Source: the human T2T-CHM13v2.0 reference genome, Homo sapiens
Length of the DNA: 64,000 bases
NCBI RefSeq assembly: GCF_009914755.1
Contig: NC_060926.1
Reading direction: 5' to 3' (one strand)
The notes below the pieces were generated by a model, which searched no databases, was not told the origin of the DNA, and saw nothing but the letters and a program-made list of their open reading frames with translations. The translations under genes and the position numbers were made by a program. Positions within the stretch are counted from its first letter, which is position 1. The number at the start of each line of letters is the position of its first letter. Shown one piece after another: positions 13,476 to 26,175 of this stretch.

Positions 13476-16400
13476 CAGATGAATGCAATTTAGTATAATG
13501 TTTGCTACTCCGTGATTTACTTGCATCTGTTTTGGGGATAGTGGGTGTCCATTTCTGGAGGTGGGAGATTAACTAAAAAGATGTTTTTAGCTCACAGAGG
13601 TGGTTCTGCTTCTCTCCCAAGATTCCCCCTCTTGTATTTCACAGGCTCAAACATCATTTTCTCTCCTGGTTGCCCATTCTGTGTACGTAGAAGGCCCGAG
13701 TGATTTACTTTGTTTCTATTCGGTCTGTGTCCCAGAGAAAGCATTCTTTGCAAGACTGGTGGCTGGTTTCTGACACCTCCTTTTGTTGTTTGCTTGCTTT
13801 CTCTTTGTAAACCATATAATCCCAAGGTCATTGCCACGGCAGGCAGCGCCACTGAGTTCATCTCTCAAAAGCTTTTAAAGCACTTACGAGATAAATTGAA
13901 AAGAAAACAGGGGTTCTTGGGAGAGATGAGTTTTGTTTGTGTGCAGTGAGTCGGAGATATGAGGCCACTCGACTGGGGCAGCAGACCCAGTTCAGCGGTG
14001 GGCAGGCTGGGGGCGGTGAGTTTCAGGCATGGGGTCAAGCCTGCATCCCAGAAGGCAGGCTTTTCGTGTGTGAAGGAAATACTCGACCAGTTTTGCAAAC
14101 GTCTTTCCGAATACACCTTCTACAATCGAGAGACTTCCAAAACAAGCATTTAGGAGATAGAGTTTAATGTATTTGAATTGTATTGGTTCTAGGAGGCTTC
14201 AATTTCATTTTTAAATGCACGCTATAAGACTAGTAAGTATGTACTACCTGCTGCCACTGCTGTCCTCTGAAAAGATTACTGGCACAATGAATAAGTGCTC
14301 ATTCAAGGGTCCTGTTGACTGATCAGAGAGGCATTCAAAGCCCTCCAGAGAGAGGCGACTGGGATGTGCTCCTCTTTGAGGACGGAGCATCGTGGTGGTG
14401 GAAACTGGACTCCTTTATGGTGTCATCAATTTTGCGGAGCCTTACATGTGCTTGGACGGGAATGCCAGGCTGAAAGCTAACTTCATCTGAAATCTGAACT
14501 CTGAGATTTATCAAGTCACCAGAGTTTATCATTCCTGGCAAGACATCACATTGAATTGTTCTCACATGACGAGAGCTCTGTGCACCACTTCTTTTAGATC
14601 GTGTTTGAAGCCTTAAGCAAATTAAGGACAGCAGCGCTTTTAACTCAATCGAGCAGAAACTTAGAGAAAGCGCTGGAAAACCAATTACAATATTAAGTGC
14701 TTGGTCCAGAGTCCTTAAGGGCTAAGTATAATGCACAAAATATGATCTTGGCTTAAAATTTTTTGAGTTTGAGGAGACTTCTCAGAAGGAAGTCCTGCAG
14801 TGTGGAGACATTGGTCCCAGTCATTATTCTTTCTGCCTAAGATTTGGGGAAAAGAGGAAAGACTTTAGAGGGTAGATGAAAAAGGTGTTCTCCGGGGTTG
14901 CTGGCCTTAGGGAGGACCTATGGCTTTTCTGTGGAACATGCACAGGTGGTCATTGCTGTCTGAATTCAGGGACCAAGTCCCTTTGGATAAGGAGGGATGC
15001 ATGCATTGTCTGGGTTTCATCTCAGAACTCTGCACCCCACTGTCTCAGTTGTCTTATATTGTTAGAGAATGAGCTAACTTTTTCTAAAGAACTAAAGCAC
15101 GAATTGTTTGTATTTCCTTTTAACAGTTTTTTAATAGGGGCCTTTCAGGGTTTTTTGCATTCTCTCCTAACTTAGAAAGTCAAGGAACAACATATATGAT
15201 TCTAGGAATATAGGGCGGAAAGAGCTTTACTGGGACTTGCATCGGCTCTGCACACATAGCAGCACCGTCTTTGTCTGAGGTTCCACGTGGCCTGATGCTG
15301 TGCAGGGCAGCTTGTCCTGATGGATCTTGCCGTGACACGGGCCATTTTCAGCTGTTAGTGTGCATGCCTTGTTCCATGGGGATTCTGCAAGAGCCCTGAG
15401 GTGTGTGTGTGGCTTCTTTTCTCCTGACAGCAGAACCATGCCAGGTTTGCTGTATTTCCTGTTCATAACCAAGGCGTTCTCAGCTGTCATCTGTGACTAC
15501 CAGGGACCTGTCCTGGTGGACAAGTGGACAAGTCCTTTGCTTGTTTTTTTCCCACCATCCACTGCCTCCCCCCGTCCCCATGTGTTTTCCTGCTCATTTT
15601 GGCATTTCTCAGGTTAGAGCTGGCTTTCGCAGCCACCACTAGGCCACCAAGAGCCCTTAGGTTCATGATCTGACATAATTCCTTCGCAGCATGCCAGGAT
15701 GGAAAGGTTTCTGAGGGGTTCAGCCTCCCTGCAGGACTCAGTCAGGCATCTTTATTTAATTTCCTTTTTTTCTTGCAGTCTTTGGGCCTGGGCCTTTAAT
15801 TGAGGTTATCACATGAGGCCTGGCTTCTGGATAAGCACAGCTGTTTTTTTTGGAATGGATCTTCAATAAAATATCCTGAGTGATTGCAGTGTAAATGAGC
15901 TAGACCCTTGCTTGACGATATTGAGGGGTGCGTATTTCAGGGAAGACAAACATTGCCACATGCTACACTATCCACTATCAGTAAGTGCTGGGTATTTCAG
16001 AAGTATCTGTTGGATATGTTAGATGAATCAGTGAACCAACAAACGAACGAACCTCTTGGACCCTCTTTCCTGTCCTGAACTTCAGTACCTACTGCTTGTC
16101 CTTCCATTTCTTCCTCCTCCCTCGCTCTCCTCTCTCATCTACAATTGTCATTTATCCTTAGCAGCTAAAGGTGATGCATTGTTGTTGCTTATTCTCCATA
16201 TTTCGTTATCATACCTTCACCTGTGAGCCATACCTGCTTAAATCCAGAAAACTCAGAAATCCTACTCACCCTGTGTGTGTCCATTATAAATCCTTTTATA
16301 TTACATTTTGTCCACATTGATTCTATGGATGTGGCTAGAAAGCTGTACTTAAAATGAACAGTAACCCTTTACTGGGTTTCTGGTAAACTGTACAAGTTGT

Positions 16401-16835
16401 CAATATTTTATTTTCTTAATTGCTGCATCTCCCATCCTTGTAAAGCTTGTTCAGAAAATGACAGATCACAACTAGGATATGGTTGGAAAAGGTGCAGAGC
16501 TGGCCTGCAAGTGCGGGAGGCCATTTTCCTCTGTAAGATTTTAGTTCCCGAAGATATCATGTATTTATTATGTCCTGCAATAGTATTAGATACTAATATT
16601 TTTTGTCATACAGTACTTTTTTTTCCAGTAGAGAAAAACTGTCTCGCTAAGGATAATTTAATGCACATATTTGTTTCATTTCTCTTTTTTAAAATATATG
16701 AAAAGTATTTGGCTGGGAAATAAAATAGAATAGCTCCTTTCTGTATTTTTAAAGTTATAATATTTCTTAAAGAAATTATAACTTTTACCCAAAACTCTAT
16801 TTTCAGGCAATTTCATCATTCCATTTCTCTAAATA

Positions 16836-17022
16836 ATGATTCTCTAACTGTATGTAGTGTGTATCAGAATTGCCTTGAAGCTTGTTAAAACAAATTGCTG
16901 GGTCCTACCTGAAATGGTACTGATTCAGGAGGTCTGGGGCCCAAGAATTTGCATTTCTATTAATAGCACGTTTCTTGGTGGTGATGCTGCTGCTTTTGGG
17001 ACCACACTTTGAAAACCCTTGA
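16836..17022. mobile_element. MER5A-like hAT-Charlie MITE
   Basis: atcagaattgcc...cttgttaaaac...ctgattcagga...aatttgcatttct...gaccacactttgaaaacc. Confidence 0.75.
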
Positions 17023-17718
17023 TCCCTATGATGCATTCTTAGTGGTTTTATATATTCTTGCAGCTGTTATTAAAACCATTTCTGCATAATACTACATTTC
17101 CATGAATTATAAAAATATTGTCATAAAGCTGAACTTCATTTAGAACTGAAGCTTTTGTTGAGTGGGATTTATCTCTTGAAGTATATTTCTGTTGAGTTTT
17201 TTGGGGGGCTTTTTTGTGTTTTTGTTTGTTTGTTTTTTACTGTTTAGAGTTTGAAAATAAACGTGCTGTATTTGCTGTGTTTCTGCTGATGAATTAGGAG
17301 GAGGTAGATTGTCAGAGCAATGTGAAAGCTGCTTCCAGGGTTTCATGGTTAGGCTCCGTGATCCATGGTGTTTCTTCATAAATGAGTTAATGTTAAGATG
17401 ACTTAACCTTAGGTTGCTGTGAGCAGTGCCTGTAGGCATCATTCCAGTTTCAAAGATAACAAGTTATTTTTAATTGCCAGGCTTTTTGCCCAGTACCAAA
17501 TGGAAGTTTTAAGCCTGGATTTTTGTAATAGTTCTAATTTTAAGCATATTTAACTCTTGAAGATGGAAAGGCCTGCAAGATCATGCAGTACAGGCTGTTA
17601 TCTGGAAGTTTAGTGCTCATCACCTGATTCTGATTCTCAAATGGGCCAGAGCCCTTGAAGACTCTGCCTTCTCACTCTGGCTGGCTCTTCAATGCTGACC
17701 TTTAAAACAGACAACATC

Positions 17719-17894
17719 CAGCATCACCAGCAAACTTGCTAGAATGCAGATTGCCCCAGCTTGCTGACTTCGAATCTCTGGGGTAGGGCTCTGCAACCTT
17801 GGTTTGAAGAAGCCCTCTGAGTCCTTTTTTTGTTCCAAATCCTGAGAACCTATGAACTCCTGAATAATTCTGATGCGCCAATTTGAGAACCACT
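17719..17894. mobile_element. MER5-family MITE
   Basis: cagcatcacc...cttgctagaatgcagatt...attctgatgcgccaatttgagaaccact. Confidence 0.65.
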
Positions 17895-19869
17895 ACGTTG
17901 TGGAGTATGCACTTGATTCAAGCCCTTTTGCATACTGTTGTGTAATATGGTAAAATTCTGACTTAAATGTATCACTCAGTCACATCAGGTATGACACTAT
18001 GGAAAGACAAAGAATAACAAGGACAATATTCTACAGGTCTATATGGTGAGGTATTACATGTGACTTTAGGAAATACATTTGGGGATAGGGAGGGCTAACC
18101 ACACACATGCATACTAACTGGAAAGTGGACAGGGAACGCTCCGTTTGCCTAGATTAGGTAGATGGGACTTGGACAGCTGCTCTGTAGTTGATGATTGACT
18201 TTTCATTTATGTAAATAAGATTACTTCCAAAGTTAATGAGATGAATATTTGAACATGTCAGTGTGGATTGGCTTCAGGCCTGTGGAGTAAATATTTTATA
18301 GAGTGAACATTGATAGGAGAATAGGAAAAGCTGGTGAGACTCTTCACACTTGGGGCAAGGAAGAGATAATCTGATGTAAAAACAAAGAACATAGGGTCAA
18401 CTGACAGCTAGCAGCATAAGTATAGGCAGGAGTAATTTTTATTAAAAGAAGGCTACCTTAGACAACTAGGGCAGGTGACCAAATAGAATGGTAAAACTGA
18501 AAGGCAGTTTTTCTGAGATAAAAACAGAGAAACTATTAATCAGTGGATCACGATTTGCCTCTAACCCATTTGTTCTCACTTTTGGGAGGTAAATGAACCA
18601 CTTCTGTGGACAGAAGAGTGCCTTCTGTAAAGAAGTAAAAGGGGAAAAACATGTCTTTACCAAAAGAAAAGAATGATACAACTTGTGATAAGAAACCAAC
18701 AGGGTGACCTCTCTCTGGGGGTAGAAGGAGATGTGTAGATTATTGATGCTTGGAGACTTCAGCGTGGCTGGAGATCAGTCCAGGGTCTGTGTGGAAGGCC
18801 TGGTGAATCACACAAAGGGCATTTCTACCCTCATCATTTCATAAAGTCCAAAGTGAAAGATAAGGAGAAGTTTTAAGGTTTAAAGAACCAAAAGTACCTG
18901 GAGCAAGGCCCCTCCCTCCCGTTTCCTCATGACTATTGTGCTTAGAAGAAAATCGCATTAATACATAAGCTTTCAGGAATGGAGGAGGAAATAAAGGATA
19001 TTAAAGTCTGTCCTCGGCATTCATTTTTTTCCTTCTATGAGAAAACAATGATTAAATCTTGAGAGAGGGAGAGGCGTATCTGATCAGGACATCTGTTTTA
19101 TAAAACTGCAAAGGTGCTTTTCAGCAAGTATTTGAGGCAATGGATCAAGCTGGCAAAGCCATAGAGATGGGATCAAAGAGTGTGCTCTCTACTGTTCTTT
19201 TCTAAAAGTACCCACTTATCGCGAGCACAAATTGCAAAGAGATGAGGTGTAAGAATTACCTAAAGGAATGAATAATGGAAGAGGTAGTCAAAATTAGAAA
19301 TTTTTAAGTCTGCACGTTTGTTGAACACCAGATACTCTGAGCCCGGTGTGGGGATGTGGAGCTAAATAGGGTTCTTGCACTTAGTTGTATTCAAACACAG
19401 AATCTAAAGCCTAAACAAAAATAATGATGATAGAGGCCCCGAGAGAGGTTGGTTTTCCGCCAACCTATTAATTGTCCTTAGATTCCACTTGGAAAATGAC
19501 TTCTGAAAAGAAGGGTCAAATGAATGGGTTGTACTAATTGTTCATTCTCCAGAACCATTGATTCAAAAACTATGAGAATGGAAAAATCATTCCTTATAAG
19601 GAGTACTCATAGAAGGACATAACAGGAAGAAGTGGTCTGATGTTTGAAAATTTGAAGAATTTGCCCAGTAGTCAGCACAGAGAAATTACTATATACCAAG
19701 TAAGTACAGTGTTTGGAGATGGAAAGTGTAGGAAATGCGGACAGTGGGAGGTAGCACAAAGGTGGCAATTAAAGAGGAGAAATCAAAGGGGAGATGTTTC
19801 AAAACCCGGGGACTGAGTCTAGTTAGGTTTTAGTCCAATCATAGAAAATTGTAATGAGTGTCCTGTCCA

Positions 19870-20220
19870 TCTATGATGGCTTAAAAAGATGTCCATAAAT
19901 TCTTTGGTACTCTTTGCTTCAGAAGGTGGAGCCTGACCCTCTTCCCTTCAGCATGGGCTGCACTGAGCAACTCACTTCTAATGACCAAGATGTGGCAGAA
20001 GCGATGGAGGGCAGCTTCCGAGATGGGCATTGTGGCTGCCTCTTTGCTCTCTCTTGGGTCACTTGATCTAGGGTGAGCCAGCTGTCATGTTGAGAGTACA
20101 TTCAGGCAGCCCTACAGAGCCCCCTAGGGGTTCATGTGAGCAGACTGCCTTGGAAGTAGAGCCTGCATCCCCAGTCTAGCCTTCAGATGACTGCAGCCTC
20201 AGCCAGCATCCTGACTGCAT
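19870..20220 (+). mobile_element. MaLR LTR fragment (MLT1F-like)
   Basis: gaaggtggagcct, ctcacttctaatgacc, gccagctgtcatgttgagag, ccagtctagccttcagatgactgcagcc. Confidence 0.65.
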
Positions 20221-20743
20221 GTTTCAAAAATGTGTTAAGATTCTTTGACAAGCTTAAATGTAGAGTACTCTACCATACTATCAGTACTCTAGTACTTGTT
20301 GAGGAGCAAGTGTGGCATGGTCCTTTTTCATCCGATTTCTTGAAATCTGTTCTAGAAAGCCAACCGTGGAAGGACTGCAACAGATGAGAATAGGACTGAT
20401 GGAGTTGCTTTCATGGGAATCATTCCCTGGCTCCCTCTGGAGGCAGAGTTGTTTTGGGTCGGGAGTAACTCCATCTCCATCAGATGCAGGGACTGGTGGC
20501 TCACTTTGAAAGGAGGAGACCATACAGCAGTGTCCCAGCTGTCCCTTCAGGGGAAATTCCCTATGAGAGATGTCTGGAGCAGAGCCAGAGTCCTCAGGAC
20601 AGAATTGGAAAAGTATCCACAGACTGGAGCTCCCTCCATCATGGGCTGCTTTGCCCATAAATGGCATTCCCATCTTTTTCTGGTGACCAAACATTTGTTG
20701 GTGGCTCCAGCACTGCCGATGTTTGTTCCAGATTTTCTTTCTT

Positions 20744-21271
<528 letters not shown>

Positions 21272-22419
21272 CTTAACTAGTTCATCTTCACACTTCACTT
21301 AGAGGTGTTCAGTGGTCATATGTAACGGTGTATGTTAGTATACAGATTGTTCTTTTTCAGATTTCCTACAGAAAATCTACTTAGTTTAAATTAAAGAACA
21401 CTCCCCAACTTTTAGCACTCCTGCTTGGCATAAATTGGTTCTACATCCTTAACTTTTAAAGGTTTCTGCTCAGGAGCCCACGAAATTAAAAATTACCTCT
21501 TCTGCTGCGAAAATTTTATTGCTGCAACTCATGCATGCATACAGGCACACACACACCATGATGTTAAATTAAGGAGCTTGAATTAAAAGCAAATTTCCCT
21601 TATGTAGAAAGTCATCTGTTGATCATTTGGCTTAATTAAAATTGGGTGTATCTTACATCTACCATGATTCACTCCCATACTGCCTCCACTAAAAATGATG
21701 CCACATTATCTCTAAATTGAGCCTGGCTTATAGTAAACTCTATAAGTGAGACTGCCCTTCATCTTTTCCTAAAGATACAACTTCTAGTACAGAATATTAA
21801 TCATCTATAGGCTGAGGCCTAATCTGAGATTAACCTTCTGGTTTCTTCCTGGAGTTTCATCCAGGAGTATGCCCTGGGCCTCACATGGGGATGAGATGGG
21901 GCTTTTCGCCTCAAAGGTTTGTTCTTATTTGGTCTATTTGAGACAGAGGCATGCATAAATACAAACTATACTTACAATTGTTCCTTTCATTCTTTTCTGT
22001 TAACAGCTATGGCTGCTGGGTGAGCCCAGCTGCCTTGCACAATTTGAGTCTTCTCAGACACTCATTCCCCTGAGTTGTCATTGGTAGAAATGGAGTGATT
22101 CCTTGTTTTGCAAGGGTTGCACACTTCTCATCAAACATTTATTTGGGCTTTTGTGAACTCTGTAATAGACAATGGCCTAGTCCTTTGTTAACTGTCTGGA
22201 GGTCCTGCTGGGAGGTCGCAGAGCAGGGCTGAGCTGCTGGACCCTCAGAGCAGGAAGTTTCTGGGCTTTGAGAAAAGCAGAAAACTGGTCTGGGAATTCC
22301 AGGAAGAATTTCGGATGTTAGGCTGTGGTCCTGCCACTGGCCAGGCATGTCCGAGGTACCAGCCCTGCCTCGGAGAGCACATGCTCAGCTCCACATTGTC
22401 CAGAGGGCTCTCCTGCCCC

Positions 22420-22525
22420 CACACGCACTTATACATTCACACAGATGAACTCACACGCTACGCATACTCTCACACACTCTCAATACTCACATACTCCCTC
22501 TCACATCTGCGCACGCTCACACACT
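22420..22525. repeat. Degenerate CA-rich simple repeat
   Basis: acacgcac...cacacactctc...ctcacacac. Confidence 0.55.
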
Positions 22526-22750
22526 TAGAGCTGCGGTATCTCATGCTCCTCTTTCATGCAACTCTTTTTTTTGTTTGTTTTCTTTTTTTTTTTCATAGAA
22601 CTTACTGCCCTGTGCAGCCATCTGTACACCTCTATTTATCTGTTCCCCACACCAGATTGTCACAGAGCATATGTCCTGCATGCACACACATGTATCCAGG
22701 GCACCGCCTGCCTGGCATGTGTTAGTAACTAATTGTTATTCATTTAATGA

Positions 22751-23146
<396 letters not shown>

Positions 23147-23349
23147 AATAAAAGACACATTTTAATTAAAATAATGACATGTTTCTAAAATATTCTGAAA
23201 TAGAAGGCACATCACAGAATTTAAATATTTTTCAATAAAATCTGTAATCAAACCATAGTTCAGCTTCCTCTGGGATATTGTGAACTATGTTTAAAATGCG
23301 ACCGGAATTTTCCACTGCTGTTCATATTTTTAAATGCTTAGAATTAGAA

Positions 23350-23494
23350 AAATTAGCCAGGCATGGTGGCACATCGGGAGGCTGAGGCAGGAGAATCTGC
23401 TTGAACCTGGGAGGCGCAGGTTGCAGTGAGCCAAGATCACACCATTGCACTCTAGCCTGGGCAACAAAAGCAAAACTGCGTCTCAAAAAAAAAA
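23350..23494 (+). mobile_element. 5'-truncated Alu (right arm only)
   Basis: aattagccaggcatggtggc...tctc plus poly(A). 15-bp TSD agaattagaaaaatt at 23340-54 and 23495-509. Confidence 0.9.
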
Positions 23495-23837
23495 AGAATT
23501 AGAAAAATTTTGATGTCTTAATTTCTAATAGGGTTAGACATCAGAAGTAGTAAAATTTCTAGCTACTGCCTGCATGCAAACCACTCTTAATAAATTCCCA
23601 GTTTATCAAAAAATAGTTTGGGAAATGAAAAACAGCAAATTTCTTGAGCAGTCAGGGCAACACTGTATATTCCATAGTGAAGTGCTGTATATTCCATAAT
23701 GAGTTTGCACTTTTCAAATAACTAAAACGCATTTAGCACTGAAACTGGGCTAAGCAGAATTTATTTTTTCTTTGGTTCAGAATTTCAGAATCGTGGACTC
23801 TACCTCCAGGTCTTTCTGAACATCAGATGCCGTTCTA

Positions 23838-24163
<326 letters not shown>

Positions 24164-24283
24164 GCAGAGACCCAGTGTTTGAGCAATGGGTGGTTTGGAT
24201 TTAGACGCACAAGAGATGTGGATGGATTTAGACACAGCTCCCCGCTGTGGCCCGGCTGTAACTGTGTTCTGTTTCCTCCCCAG

Positions 24284-24478
24284 CCCAGCGACTTCTCCGT
24301 GTCCCTTAAAGCGTCAGGGAAGAACAAACACTTCAAGGTGCAGCTCGTGGACAATGTCTACTGCATTGGGCAGCGGCGCTTCCACACCATGGACGAGCTG
24401 GTGGAACACTACAAAAAGGCGCCCATCTTCACCAGCGAGCACGGGGAGAAGCTCTACCTCGTCAGGGCCCTGCAGTGA
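24284..24478 (+). CDS. NCK2: NCK2 terminal coding exon portion: remainder of SH2 domain to stop
   Basis: Polypyrimidine tract and cAG at 24282-83. [19 protein letters not shown]...KLYLVRALQ then TGA at 24476-78. Joins in frame with ...RDSESS. Confidence 0.98.
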   Translation, partial: PSDFSVSLKASGKNKHFKVQLVDNVYCIGQRRFHTMDELVEHYKKAPIFTSEHGEKLYLVRALQ

Positions 24479-25580
24479 CGGCGCCCCGGCCCCACACTCG
24501 CCTCCCGGGCCCCACGGTGGAGCTGCCCGCCCGGCCTTGTGGCAGAGGCTCCTCCCGCGGGGACGGCCCCGACGGCTTCTCTGCGAGTCTCTCTTTATGT
24601 TCAGGTCGCTTGGTCGGTTCGTCTCCCATTTGCCATCCAGGCCTCACACCCACACTCGAGCCCACCCGGCCGGCCAGCTTTAGAGGAGGGGAGGAGCAGG
24701 GCGAGTTCACATTATTCCTTTTCCATCGGAAGTGGCGCTCGTGCATTCAACTTGTTCCCGCTCATGGAACCCCTCTTTAAAAAGACGCAGGGCACCTGTG
24801 AGCGCAGGAGCGAGCCTAAGGCCACCCAGCGGCAGCGCCCGTGTCCTGGGCACTCAGCGTGCTGGGCAGAGCAGGTGCGATGGCCCCAGTCCTAGCAGCC
24901 CTCGCCCATGTCCTGTGCCCTTACATGGCTCCCGGACTGTGCAGGGAGCCGATACGTTTGCTGATAGCAATACTGGAACCACCGGGTGCGATGGCAGTGA
25001 GGAGACTGCCCAGTGCCTTTGGGGCTGTGCTTGCAATAAAGAAAGAATTTCCTGGAAAGGCAGTCTGCAAAAGAGGGAACCGGTGACTCAGAAAGACAGA
25101 TGTTTTGGTAATTTACCCCAAATGTGCCATCCACATAGTGCTTTTTCCTCTTGCCCTTCGGCTTGTTTGAATCTCACAATTATGTATTTAATTCTCAAAG
25201 AAATATGTATCTGTAGCCGTTTGTTGACACTAATACAGATGATTAAGGAAAACAGCTGATCTTTGGGGAAGGGAGCTACCAACACTTTATACACACACAC
25301 ACGTGCACACACACACACACACACACACACTATATATATATATATTATTTACAGGGAAATTTTTCAGGGTTTACAAAAGAGTATGTGATTGGTAGTAAGA
25401 GACACACAGAATGTTTATGAAGAAATTGCATTTTCTTTTTCCTTTACATTTGAACTTCTTTATAGTTTAAATATAACGTCTTGAGATGGCACATTCCTAC
25501 GATTGAAGAAGGGGTCTTGAGATCCCCTAAACTTGCATACCCAGTTTTTTGGATATTGTAATAAAAAAAAGTATTATGAC
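24479..25580 (+). other. NCK2: NCK2 3'UTR (end approximate)
   Basis: Runs from the stop codon to just past the AATAAA at 25560. GC-rich proximal half, AT-rich distal half. Confidence 0.85.
25288..25345. repeat. Compound (CA)n/(TA)n microsatellite in the 3'UTR
   Basis: (ac)6-gtgc-(ac)n followed by (ta)7. Confidence 0.95.
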
Positions 25581-25605
25581 AAGGCTCTGTGTGTATTTAT
25601 CTTTG
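25557..25605 (+). terminator. NCK2 polyadenylation signal
   Basis: TGTA at 25557-60, AATAAA at 25560-65, and downstream GU/U-rich ctctgtgtgtatttatctttg. Confidence 0.8.
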
Positions 25606-26019
25606 GGAAAACTCAGACTCAATCATGGGAGAGTAATTACTGAAGCATTCACTCATTGCGGAGTGGAAATCATTTTTAGAGAAGAGCTTAACATTTATTA
25701 CTTGTGTGTTTTCATTTTCTACCCCCACATTTTTGTATATTGAAATAATGAGTTTTAATTAGTGAAACCCCAAGGGAACCCAGAATCTCAAGCTTGGTCT
25801 GAACTTTGCTCTTTGGAAAATATTTGTTTAGAAATATGTTGCTGAACTCTTGGCAGCCAGCGCTCTCACACCATGTGTCCCCCACGACTAACTCTCGATT
25901 TGTCCTCTTGATCGGGAGCATTTATATTGATGTGCCAGGCCCTGGGGGTGCAGAGTCACATGACTTGGCATTTGTGCCCTCCTAGGCCAATCACGTATCA
26001 AGCGCTCCCTCTGCACCAT

Positions 26020-26175
26020 GCACTGCGCCCCCATTTGTTCCTCATCACAGCCCCATGAGGTGGGACCTGCTATCATCCCCATTTTATAGATGGGGAAAGT
26101 GAGGTCTACAGGCAGTGCACCCAACATGTGGCTGCTGCATGGTGGAGCCAGGATGCACAGCCAAGGATCTGCACT
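26020..26175 (-). mobile_element. MIR SINE
   Basis: cagccccatgaggtggg...atccccattttatagatggggaaagtgagg...ggtggagccaggat. Confidence 0.7.

Noticed and set aside
12602-13498. 298-aa ORF as a standalone gene or intron-retention product
   Set aside because: It is the NCK2 exon plus intronic run-on. It starts at GTG, and canonical splice sites bound the homologous part.
18300-19500. Possible ancient CR1/L3 LINE remnant
   Set aside because: Only short suggestive words (ttcagcaag, cttgcacttag), not enough to call without an HMM search.
24179-24283. In-frame N-terminal extension of the last exon (SH2-only protein)
   Set aside because: TTG start, runs through the polypyrimidine tract, and there is no promoter evidence.
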